From IMG/VR virus record IMGVR_UViG_3300050821_001073: 64,000 nt of DNA. One strand, 5' to 3'. Under the pieces are notes generated by a model. The model saw only the letters and a list, made by a program, of their open reading frames with translations. It did no database searches and had not been told where the DNA came from. The stretch comes from an uncultured virus (IMG/VR IMGVR_UViG_3300050821_001073) (taxonomy: Duplodnaviria; Heunggongvirae; Uroviricota; Caudoviricetes). Position numbers and translations under genes: made by a program. This document shows positions 39,808 through 47,498 of the stretch, one piece after another. Position 1 is the first letter of the stretch; each line of letters opens with the position of its first letter.

Positions 39808-40533
39808 TCATTGTGCTGCCTGTACACGGGACTCTAAGAGTACCGGGCCAACCGTTACTACTATGCCAGCTTTACTCTCTTTCTTTGCTACCTTATCCGC
39901 TAGTGATAGAATCTTTGCCACTTCGCCGATGATGGTCTGTAAAGCCATTACCTGTTGTTCTTTGCCTTCTATGGCCTTTACTGCCTTTAGTGTCGCCTTA
40001 ATCGCTAGTGAGCGAAGCAACGTTGCCTTATCCGGTTTCACCTGTCCCTGTTGTATCCTCTGTCGTCTGCGTTCTGCTTCGACTTCTATAAGCCAATCCC
40101 TTGCACTGTCCCTATTCGACTCTTTGGGCGGAGGACCGACTCGCTCAACTGCATCCGTGTACTTCCCGTACGGAGCGTTCTTTGTCCCGTGTATCGCCAT
40201 GCCCGCGCCGGTTGCCAGTGCTAACACCAGTTCAGGTAACTTCTCTTTAGCACTCTCGAATGCCTCTATCATGCGTCGTGCTGTGCTCGCGCTGATCCCA
40301 GGTAGCCGACCTAAGAAACCTTCCCATAGTCCATATGGACGGAGCGTATCACGTGCTGTCTTGAGTGCTTGGCCTAGCTTTAAACCGCTTCGACCGCACT
40401 CCTGTTGCGCATCCAATACGTCTTTGTAAAGGCTTTCGACCTGTTTCTTAAGATCTTTGGGCAAGCTTTCCAGTTTGATAACCTCTTGCCCGGTGGACTC
40501 ATCTACAGTGATAAATTCCTTTTGCATTACCAT
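39808..40533 (-). CDS. DUF3102-like helical protein
   Basis: LGQALKTARD.L..YG.W..FL.....S.STA.R.I pattern. Confidence 0.6.
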   Translation of the reverse strand: MVMQKEFITVDESTGQEVIKLESLPKDLKKQVESLYKDVLDAQQECGRSGLKLGQALKTARDTLRPYGLWEGFLGRLPGISASTARRMIEAFESAKEKLPELVLALATGAGMAIHGTKNAPYGKYTDAVERVGPPPKESNRDSARDWLIEVEAERRRQRIQQGQVKPDKATLLRSLAIKATLKAVKAIEGKEQQVMALQTIIGEVAKILSLADKVAKKESKAGIVVTVGPVLLESRVQAAQ

Positions 40534-40871
40534 TAAGCGGCTCTCCTTAGGTTAGGTTGTGAATTGCTCTTTGTCTTGCTCAACTCTCTGGCGACTGCTA
40601 GGGGCACTAGAACCTCAGTGAGAGTAACAGGTTGTCCGAGTCCACCTGATACTCTGTCCTTAACTAACAACCAATGTGGTACGGCGTCCTCCGTCACCTC
40701 TATATACCCTGTGCTCAAATACCTAATCTTGCCCTGCGAGTCTGTAAATCCTACGATTACAACTGTCCGAGTGTTGAACGCATAGAGAAAGTTAGGATTC
40801 AAATTCCGAGTTGAGAAGTCCGCCCCGTGCCGTTTGGTTGCCTGTTGCTTTAGTGCATTGTAACGCGTCAT
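40533..40871 (-). CDS. hypothetical protein
   Basis: first gene after the sigma54-type promoter at 40928-40965; AAGGA RBS. Confidence 0.6.
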   Translation of the reverse strand: MTRYNALKQQATKRHGADFSTRNLNPNFLYAFNTRTVVIVGFTDSQGKIRYLSTGYIEVTEDAVPHWLLVKDRVSGGLGQPVTLTEVLVPLAVARELSKTKSNSQPNLRRAA

Positions 40872-40927
40872 GTCCTTATTCCCACCTATTTACTTGATTT
40901 AGTTACATTAGTAACGTTATGAGCTAG

Positions 40928-40965
40928 AGCAACCTGCATGCCAAACTCTCATTCGTTGATTCTAA
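40928..40965 (-). promoter_or_regulatory. sigma54-type promoter with upstream TTAGAATCAA box
   Basis: TTAGAATCAA-N13-GG-CATGCAGGTT-GC. Confidence 0.8.
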
Positions 40966-41072
40966 TGGGTTTACTGACTCACGTTTACGTGCCCCACCTG
41001 CTAGTGACAAAAAAGGATAACATAAACTGTCAATGTTGTCAAATAATGTCATAGAGTTAGTGACTATTCCCT

Positions 41073-41110
41073 TTAGAATCAACAGAGGACACTTTGGTAT
41101 GAGAGTTGCA
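41073..41110 (+). promoter_or_regulatory. sigma54-type promoter with upstream TTAGAATCAA box
   Basis: TTAGAATCAA-N13-GG-TATGAGAGTT-GC. Confidence 0.75.
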
Positions 41111-41614
41111 GGCATATCTGATATGTTGCATGACATACTGTATGACAATGTAACTGGCACGTGGCGCGTAATCGCCATAAACCCTGACACCAACAAACGG
41201 TTAGAATGGGACTTCCAAACTGAACAACAGGCACTCGCGTTTCTGCGCGAGCTACACAAATGGGTACAAAGAGACTCAACAGGGCAAGAGATGAGAGAAG
41301 ATGGCAATTAGCTCTCCAATTGTCATTAGTATAGCACAGTTCTAAACCCCTGTCAATAGGGTAAACACCTTAGTACATAAGTACTCAAAGGACCTAATGA
41401 AACTAACAGAAGCTCAGAGACACTTGGTATTTCGTGCATTCGCTCACTTGCTCAGGGCGGATAAGTCGCTCACTCTAGAAGAGAAGCTACAGCTAATGGA
41501 TATAGTGTCTAAGTTCTTCGACATTGACTTAGACCCTGAACCAACTGACGAAAAATGATAACAAATAATGACAGAATGACCTAAAAGCGTATACGGTGCA
41601 CCGGATGAAGCCCT

Positions 41615-41652
41615 TTAGAATCAACGGTGCACCGTTTGGTTACACAGTTGCT
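41615..41652 (+). promoter_or_regulatory. sigma54-type promoter with upstream TTAGAATCAA box
   Basis: TTAGAATCAA-N13-GG-TTACACAGTT-GC. Confidence 0.75.
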
Positions 41653-41794
41653 ATTACAATAGGCGAGAGGTAACAATCAAATGATATTCATAGTTGCACT
41701 GATGTTCATAGCAATAGCTTTCATTAGCTTTGCAATAGTGACCGACACCTTCAACCGTTAACCAACCGGCGCATCGCGCCAAAGGAAACATGAC

Positions 41795-42061
41795 ATGAGA
41801 ATCCCAAAGATCAATGACGGCACACTGACAGAAGTTCTAACATGCGCCGGACTCGTAACAGGCAAATGGCGTGCAAGCGATGATCCAACACACGTGATTC
41901 TGAACGATGCGTACTACACTAACGATGCTAAGGCGACCGACGTAGCATTCATTGACATCACACAGGTCATTCGCATTAAACCAGTAACAGGAGTCAAGGG
42001 CATTCCGGTGTTCAGTGACGCAGATAAGATACAGGCTCATGGACTCGGAATTATTCTCTAA
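41795..42061 (+). CDS. hypothetical protein with F(S/T)D.D.I.A.G.GIIL tail
   Basis: AAGGA RBS; tail shared with 10761..11030. Confidence 0.65.
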   Translation: MRIPKINDGTLTEVLTCAGLVTGKWRASDDPTHVILNDAYYTNDAKATDVAFIDITQVIRIKPVTGVKGIPVFSDADKIQAHGLGIIL

Positions 42062-43006
42062 AGTCTGGCTTGCGACTGCCGATAACAAACTTAACAGGAG
42101 ATTAAAACAATGATTCTAGCATTAGTAATCGGATTTTTCGTATACAGCGTTTTTGTCGGAATCGCCGCTGTACTCGGAGTGTCACTATGATCAAGCGACT
42201 ATTCAACTCATTCAAGACACCCGATGTGTTGCCGGAAACGGCTCGTATTCAAGAGCTACTGGCACTAGGTTACACCGATGGTACACCGTTGCTATCCCGA
42301 TACCTCAAAACGATTGGCATGCACACACTCGGGGTTCTAGCTCAGAGCAAGGACATCATGGTATCACGGGCAGCTAACGTCGCCATTGTGGCGCGACTGA
42401 CAGGGAGAGAATTATGACACTGAAATTGCGCAGTGAATCGCATCCAGATTACGCGTTGGTACGAGTTTGGACATATCTATGGTTCGCCTATAAAGACAAC
42501 GGCTCTGTGCCCAAAGACGTGAGCGATGCTATCTCACTGATACAGGAAAGAATGACCCCATGACCCTTGCTCAACTCATTAGCTTAGCAGAGCAACGACA
42601 GAAGACAGACGCCTATGATGTGGGCGAAGCCATGGACGGTTGGTACATGGTACGCGTTGTCCGAGTGGCTCGTAAGAAGACTTGGACTAACTCGGTCCTC
42701 TTCTACATCAACGGTCGGCAGGTTAAGCGCCATGAGCTATCAGCGGCCATGGAACAAGACAAGCCTGTATCATTGACATGGCCATGAAGCGAGTAACCTA
42801 TACGCTGACAGAGTCATCCAGTCTCAGCATGGACTATGCCCGTTTGCTCACGTTCTACTGTCAGGAGTGCAACGTCGCAACTCATGCTAATCACCTGGAC
42901 GTGCCCCGAGTGCTGTTATGTCTTAGCTGTCAGAAGAATGACACAAAAGGATAACAATTTGTGCCGGATTGACACGAATACGCATCGTGTACGCTGGCTA
43001 AATGGT

Positions 43007-43044
43007 TTAGAATGAATGAATCGGCCTTTGGCTAGTGAGTTGCA
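43007..43044 (+). promoter_or_regulatory. sigma54-type promoter with upstream TTAGAATGAA box
   Basis: TTAGAATGAA-N13-GG-CTAGTGAGTT-GC. Confidence 0.75.
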
Positions 43045-44576
43045 ATATAGTATGGTGTAAGACAGGAGAATAAGACAATGATTGATCCAAGAGGCATCTT
43101 ACGCAACGTAGTTACAATCACCGAAACACCTAGTGCAACGCTGATCCTAATGGAATGCGGCCACACAGGATCGTTTGCACAGCACTTCCATTACGATGCT
43201 AAAGACCAGAGAAGATGCGTTCAGTGCTTGCCGAACTATGAAGAGATGCTGAAGACCAGACAGTAGCCGAATGTACTGTTAAGTTCGGCCAATAGCTGCC
43301 GATAATACATTCAACAAGGGAGAATAAGACAATGAAGAATATCAAGGTATTAGCGGCAGTTAACTTAGATGCACTAGAAGATGGTCAGATAGAAGTTGAA
43401 TCCAGTTTCGATACCATCGCGGAAGCAAAGAAGAGAGCTAAGTACTACCTAACCACCGAATACCAGAACGTTTGCGAAGCAGCTACCCGCTTAACCTATT
43501 CGCAGGTTGTTGTCAACGACATAGTTATGTATGATTACGTCAAGCCCTAACAAGATTAGAGTTCGAGTGAGCATGATGTGAGTGAATGACCCTGGCCTTG
43601 AGTAAGCCAGGGTTTCTTACGTGGCCGGACTCTCCTGCGTACCGCGTACGCTGACGTAAATCGGCCATATGTACTCTGGCAATTGGTATAGGAAAGAGAT
43701 AGGATAACAACAGTAAGAGGAGAGAAGGACATGAGCAAAGAACAGTTAGAGAACGAACTGGCAAGACTTAGAGAAGCAGTGTTAGACCTGCTAGACGTGA
43801 TTGACAACAAACCGGGTGATGACCTAGGCCAGTCTGCTATGGCACTCGCTCTAATCCAACTAAGGGAGCTAACCACGTAAGCATACCTAATTGCCTCCAA
43901 CCGGGCCAATAGCATCGCAACGCTTCGGACCTTAGTACAAAAATACTATTGACACGGACCTAGTTTTAGGATCTAGTTTTATCCTATCTCGCAGTCAAGA
44001 GGACATAAGTCTAAGGCAAGCCAAGGGCCAAACGATGGCAACGAACGTGCTACACACAGCAACTCAAGGGCCAAAGCACGGCCATAAACGTGCTAGGGTC
44101 CCCTTTTCGAATCCGAGGGGTGCCGGGGGGAGTCTCGGTGCATCTTTGTCGGAGGGTGGTGAGGCCGGGCGGAAAACATTAGATGCATTTAGGTACCATA
44201 TTACTATGTAGTGACTATACCCCTATAGAACCAATAAGATACGTATCAGTACGTAAACCCCACCTGCAAGATAAATCTATACGTTTATCTGACATGTCAA
44301 TTTGGAATGTCAAATCTGGCAGGATCTCGTCCCTTCTATTGGGTCCCCTATGACCTACATACGCGAGGGTATACGTATGTAAAATTTATACTATTGTGAG
44401 GGGTCTTGTACAGTTTAGGCGGATGTACATGTGGCATGAACGTAGGCAATTAATGAACAAGGCAGTTCTTTGGAAGGGATTTGTGTCTTCTGGAGGGTTC
44501 TTATAGGTAGGGCTATAGGAATATATGAAGTATCATAGGCAGGGTTTATAGTGGAGCTTGGTGACGGTACAGGGAG

Positions 44577-44729
44577 TTAGTACTTGGTACTAAAGCCAAG
44601 ACTGATAAGTGAGCGAGAAGACCGGCTACCTTCCCAGTAAGGACTACCTTCACTGAAGCACATCCCACTCGATAGCCCACAAAAGTTCTGACGGATGAAA
44701 TGATGTGTGAACCTATTTATTAGAATCAT
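44577..44729 (-). CDS. micro-peptide family member (50 aa)
   Basis: MILINRFTHHFIRQNFCGLSSGMCFSEGSPYWEGSRSSRSLISLGFSTKY; AAGGAG RBS. Confidence 0.75.
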   Translation of the reverse strand: MILINRFTHHFIRQNFCGLSSGMCFSEGSPYWEGSRSSRSLISLGFSTKY

Positions 44730-44758
44730 TAGAACTCCTTACAAGCCCTTACCTTTCT

Positions 44759-44917
44759 TTACCATCTATTAATATCTTGGTAGCTACGGTAATACCTAGA
44801 ACTGAACGCTACATGCATACCGGCGCATGCGCTTGTACACTCTGAGTCAATCCTTGAACTTAAAAATGTACTTGACGAAGAGGCAAGGAATCTGGAAAAC
44901 ATATTCATTAGAATCAT
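44759..44917 (-). CDS. micro-peptide family member (52 aa)
   Basis: MILMNMFSRFLASSSSTFLSSRIDSECTSACAGMHVAFSSRYYRSYQDINRW; GAGGAG RBS. Confidence 0.75.
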   Translation of the reverse strand: MILMNMFSRFLASSSSTFLSSRIDSECTSACAGMHVAFSSRYYRSYQDINRW

Positions 44918-44934
44918 TAGAGATCTCCTCAGCC

Positions 44935-45087
44935 TTAGTATCTGGTAAAGCCACGACTAACTATGCATCCGTCACTCCAAGATGTACTATAAATATGGGA
45001 AAGGTCACTTGCGGTCCATTCGCTAGATCTACTGAATTCCATATAATCCTGGCAGAGCCATCGAACGTACTGGTTTATTAGAATCAT
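44935..45087 (-). CDS. micro-peptide family member (50 aa)
   Basis: MILINQYVRWLCQDYMEFSRSSEWTASDLSHIYSTSWSDGCIVSRGFTRY; GGAGG RBS. Confidence 0.75.
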   Translation of the reverse strand: MILINQYVRWLCQDYMEFSRSSEWTASDLSHIYSTSWSDGCIVSRGFTRY

Positions 45088-45097
45088 AGTGCCTCCA

Positions 45098-45256
45098 TTA
45101 GAAACTCAGCCAGTTCGTACTTGTGTATAGACCTGCTGAAAAGCTAGCCATCCCGGTGGCATTGCGAAATCCTGCGGATTTACTCAAACCAGTAATATAG
45201 TACTTATAGGTTCTAGACTGCATGACAAAGTTAATCGTTATCGGAATCAGGTTCAT
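45098..45256 (-). CDS. micro-peptide family member (52 aa)
   Basis: MNLIPITINFVMQSRTYKYYITGLSKSAGFRNATGMASFSAGLYTSTNWLSF; AGGAG RBS. Confidence 0.7.
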   Translation of the reverse strand: MNLIPITINFVMQSRTYKYYITGLSKSAGFRNATGMASFSAGLYTSTNWLSF

Positions 45257-45269
45257 ATATAGTTAGCTC

Positions 45270-45455
45270 CTACTTAACAAACCCACGGCTGCTGAACATA
45301 TAGTTACTGGTGCTGTACATACCCACTTGCCAACCAAGACCTATGTAACTTCTATGATAATACCCACTGCAACTAAGATAGCAAGCCGGACCGCTAGCGT
45401 GTTCTCCACAAACGCTCACCGTGCCATAAGGACATTGTCTTCTAGTTAGAATCAT
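45270..45455 (-). CDS. micro-peptide family, CPYG subtype (61 aa)
   Basis: MILTRRQCPYG...YSTSNYMFSSRGFVK; TAATG-coupled. Confidence 0.75.
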   Translation of the reverse strand: MILTRRQCPYGTVSVCGEHASGPACYLSCSGYYHRSYIGLGWQVGMYSTSNYMFSSRGFVK

Positions 45456-45640
45456 TAGAACGTCCTTATAACGAATCCCACACTGCCCGAGAAGTCACTA
45501 CTATGACTAAACCATCCGCCGCTAAACCCGGCGTTACTCTTACGATTGCCACAGGAGTTACTCCTCCACCAGCCTTTTCCGCGTGAGTCGGTTGCGTGAC
45601 TATACTGCCCATAGGGGCACGGTGTCCATGACAGAATCAT
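45455..45640 (-). CDS. micro-peptide family, CPYG subtype (61 aa)
   Basis: MILSWTPCPYG...WFSHSSDFSGSVGFVIRTF; TGATG-coupled. Confidence 0.75.
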   Translation of the reverse strand: MILSWTPCPYGQYSHATDSRGKGWWRSNSCGNRKSNAGFSGGWFSHSSDFSGSVGFVIRTF

Positions 45641-45813
45641 CAAAAGCCTTCTTTGCCACTATTGCTCCTGAAATGGCCCAGTGTCCAACTGTTCTCGAAG
45701 CCACTACTAGCACCATTTAGATAGCCTAAATGTCGGCTAGTTAAGTCAAAATAATACTCCCAGGAGTCACGTGGTACTAGCCAATAAAATGAGCTGTATC
45801 TTAATAGTATCAC
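45640..45813 (-). CDS. micro-peptide family member (57 aa)
   Basis: GTG start: MILLRYSSFYWLVPRDSWEYYFDLTSRHLGYLNGASSGFENSWTLGHFRSNSGKEGF. Confidence 0.7.
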   Translation of the reverse strand: MILLRYSSFYWLVPRDSWEYYFDLTSRHLGYLNGASSGFENSWTLGHFRSNSGKEGF

Positions 45814-45986
45814 TTGACATCTCCTGAAATGCTAGAGTACATATTACTGCTTCTGCTCGCCGCCCAATCTACGTTCTTACTGAATATAAGGGTCGATGAC
45901 CAGCTTGACCGACAGGGACTGTAGGAATACAGACTCATGGCACTTCGGCTCCATCTACGGAAGTTCTGGAAGCGCATGACTATCAC
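45810..45986 (-). CDS. micro-peptide family member (58 aa)
   Basis: GTG start: MIVMRFQNFRRWSRSAMSLYSYSPCRSSWSSTLIFSKNVDWAASRSSNMYSSISGDVK. Confidence 0.7.
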   Translation of the reverse strand: MIVMRFQNFRRWSRSAMSLYSYSPCRSSWSSTLIFSKNVDWAASRSSNMYSSISGDVK

Positions 45987-46135
45987 ACGACACCACTCAT
46001 ACTCTCGCGGTAGTTGGAACTTCTGCTCATAATATGCTGGTGGCTGAAACTAAAGGCATATCCGCCATCTCCAGTAAGACTACAGACCTTAAAGCAACTC
46101 TTACTTGGCCATGCCGCAAATGTATATAGTATCAT
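45983..46135 (-). CDS. micro-peptide family member (50 aa)
   Basis: MILYTFAAWPSKSCFKVCSLTGDGGYAFSFSHQHIMSRSSNYRESMSGVV. Confidence 0.7.
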   Translation of the reverse strand: MILYTFAAWPSKSCFKVCSLTGDGGYAFSFSHQHIMSRSSNYRESMSGVV

Positions 46136-46145
46136 ATTTACTCTC

Positions 46146-46316
46146 TTACTCTCTACCGCAGTAACTCAGCCATTGATCTCCGTTATAGCCAGCGGTTTGG
46201 TACTGACTCATACTGCTCCATGCAAAGCTACTATAAGAATGTCTACATGACCGTCCCGTGTAATCCTCGCCGCAACTACTCGGATAATCGTGCCTCATCC
46301 AGTTCTTTAGTATCAT
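46146..46316 (-). CDS. micro-peptide family member (56 aa)
   Basis: MILKNWMRHDYPSSCGEDYTGRSCRHSYSSFAWSSMSQYQTAGYNGDQWLSYCGRE; GGAGG RBS. Confidence 0.75.
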   Translation of the reverse strand: MILKNWMRHDYPSSCGEDYTGRSCRHSYSSFAWSSMSQYQTAGYNGDQWLSYCGRE

Positions 46317-46444
46317 AGTCCTCCGCAATAGCTTAGTGGCCATGTGTTGCTGTAGCTCTTATTGAACGTACTATAGCTCAGCGCATAGCCATTGGAAAAG
46401 CAGTAAATGTAACTATCTCTGCGCATTTGGATGCTTAGGATCAT
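46313..46444 (-). CDS. micro-peptide family member (43 aa)
   Basis: MILSIQMRRDSYIYCFSNGYALSYSTFNKSYSNTWPLSYCGGL. Confidence 0.75.
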   Translation of the reverse strand: MILSIQMRRDSYIYCFSNGYALSYSTFNKSYSNTWPLSYCGGL

Positions 46445-46533
46445 AGACCTCACAACTATCTCCAATTCCGGCGAATCATCAGATACGTACCGTATACGCC
46501 GTTTTAGAGGCGTCCAGGAATTTAGACCTGGGA

Positions 46534-46680
46534 TTATCGGTGCCCACTACTGTAACTAAACAGATTGGGATAGTTCACAGATTTATAACTTCCACAAGTG
46601 CTCCATCTTGTCCAATTGCTAAGACCCCATCTAATATTTGGATCACGAATCCACATCCGAAAAGGAGCTACTAGTATCAT
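46534..46680 (-). CDS. micro-peptide family member (48 aa)
   Basis: MILVAPFRMWIRDPNIRWGLSNWTRWSTCGSYKSVNYPNLFSYSSGHR. Confidence 0.75.
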   Translation of the reverse strand: MILVAPFRMWIRDPNIRWGLSNWTRWSTCGSYKSVNYPNLFSYSSGHR

Positions 46681-46853
46681 CTTCCACCGCATTCGCTAAA
46701 GTAATAGGCCGTATGACAGACCGATCTTGCGAAACGACCGCTGTCATGAGAGTCTCTAATATAACTAGTAAACTCTGAATTAGTGCGACTCCACATAAAC
46801 CATGACGGTCTGCGATCAATGTACCACTGTCGGTATGGGATGTTTAAGATCAT
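46677..46853 (-). CDS. micro-peptide family member (58 aa)
   Basis: MILNIPYRQWYIDRRPSWFMWSRTNSEFTSYIRDSHDSGRFARSVCHTAYYFSECGGR. Confidence 0.75.
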   Translation of the reverse strand: MILNIPYRQWYIDRRPSWFMWSRTNSEFTSYIRDSHDSGRFARSVCHTAYYFSECGGR

Positions 46854-46999
46854 CTTCCACTACTCTTACTAAAAAATTCAGTACTACAAGAGCGGGAATA
46901 CATAATACTGCTAGTAAACTGATGGCTACTACGGCTCATCCAATCACCCATTAACTCCATAGATGCCCAATAGTATCGATATGCAGCGGTTAGGATCAC
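46850..46999 (-). CDS. micro-peptide family member (49 aa)
   Basis: GTG start: MILTAAYRYYWASMELMGDWMSRSSHQFTSSIMYSRSCSTEFFSKSSGR. Confidence 0.75.
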   Translation of the reverse strand: MILTAAYRYYWASMELMGDWMSRSSHQFTSSIMYSRSCSTEFFSKSSGR

Positions 47000-47157
47000 A
47001 GGTATCTGACCAGTGTGCAGCATGCCACAATAAGCAACGCAAATCCTATTATACCGTAAACAATCAAGGCCGCAGGCACAGCCGTAGAGACATCAATCGC
47101 GTCCCATCCGAGTACCAATAGTGTTAGCGCCAAACCCGACAATGCAAATAGAAACAT
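46996..47157 (-). CDS. 53-aa 2-TM membrane protein heading the peptide array operon
   Basis: MFLFALSGLALTLLVLGWDAIDVSTAVPAALIVYGIIGFALLIVACCTLVRYL; GAGGAG RBS. Confidence 0.7.
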   Translation of the reverse strand: MFLFALSGLALTLLVLGWDAIDVSTAVPAALIVYGIIGFALLIVACCTLVRYL

Positions 47158-47179
47158 AGTTATCTCCTCAACTATCTAT

Positions 47180-47208
47180 AGATTACCAGATCACAGGCCG
47201 ATTGTCAA
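47180..47208 (-). promoter_or_regulatory. sigma70 promoter driving the main peptide array
   Basis: TTGACA-N17-TAATCT with extended -10 TG. Confidence 0.7.
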
Positions 47209-47214
47209 GCGGAA

Positions 47215-47340
47215 TCACCAGGGGGCACTATAACGTACACCAAAAGATTTTGACATAGGAAAATCTCCGCACCAGCTTTTAACAAGTCTTGGGTAAGAAC
47301 TTCCCAGATCCCATATACGAAAGGCAGTCACTAGATTCAT
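47215..47340 (-). CDS. micro-peptide family member (41 aa)
   Basis: MNLVTAFRIWDLGSSYPRLVKSWCGDFPMSKSFGVRYSAPW; GGAGG RBS, TAATG coupling. Confidence 0.7.
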   Translation of the reverse strand: MNLVTAFRIWDLGSSYPRLVKSWCGDFPMSKSFGVRYSAPW

Positions 47341-47498
47341 TACCAACCTCCACAAGTCGAGAACGCAAAATAGGAACGAGAATACTTCTCATGAGTGCTG
47401 TCACCCCTTCCATTAGAGCATGACCCGAAACTGCACAGCTCCCCGCTCGTGGAGTATTTGAGCAACCTCGCCCTAGTCCAGAAAAATGCTACTATCAT
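47340..47498 (-). CDS. micro-peptide family member (52 aa)
   Basis: MIVAFFWTRARLLKYSTSGELCSFGSCSNGRGDSTHEKYSRSYFAFSTCGGW; ATGA-coupled to DNA polymerase. Confidence 0.75.
   Translation of the reverse strand: MIVAFFWTRARLLKYSTSGELCSFGSCSNGRGDSTHEKYSRSYFAFSTCGGW

Larger units (their letters stand above)
33148..43880. other. divergent early/host-takeover region of ~35 small genes (minus strand to ~40.9 kb, plus strand from ~41.1 kb)
   Basis: dense short ORFs with strong RBSs, many acidic; repeated promoters; flanked by two long non-coding tracts. Confidence 0.75.

Noticed and set aside
44513..44536. MILHIFL, a possible further family member
   Set aside because: Stops after 7 codons, has no RBS, and the downstream frames lack the Ser/aromatic composition
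44827..46250. Plus-strand ORFs 44827..45081 and 46014..46250 from the track
   Set aside because: Antisense shadows of the coupled minus-strand peptide array; no RBS
44577..47498. CRISPR array or other DNA repeat-spacer array
   Set aside because: No identical 23-50 bp repeats; the junction motif is short and degenerate at codon third positions; units are 125-190 nt open reading frames
44577..47498. Fragments of a long gene under stop-codon reassignment
   Set aside because: Units end in all three stop codons, change frame, and mostly have their own RBS or overlap; all core genes are intact under code 11
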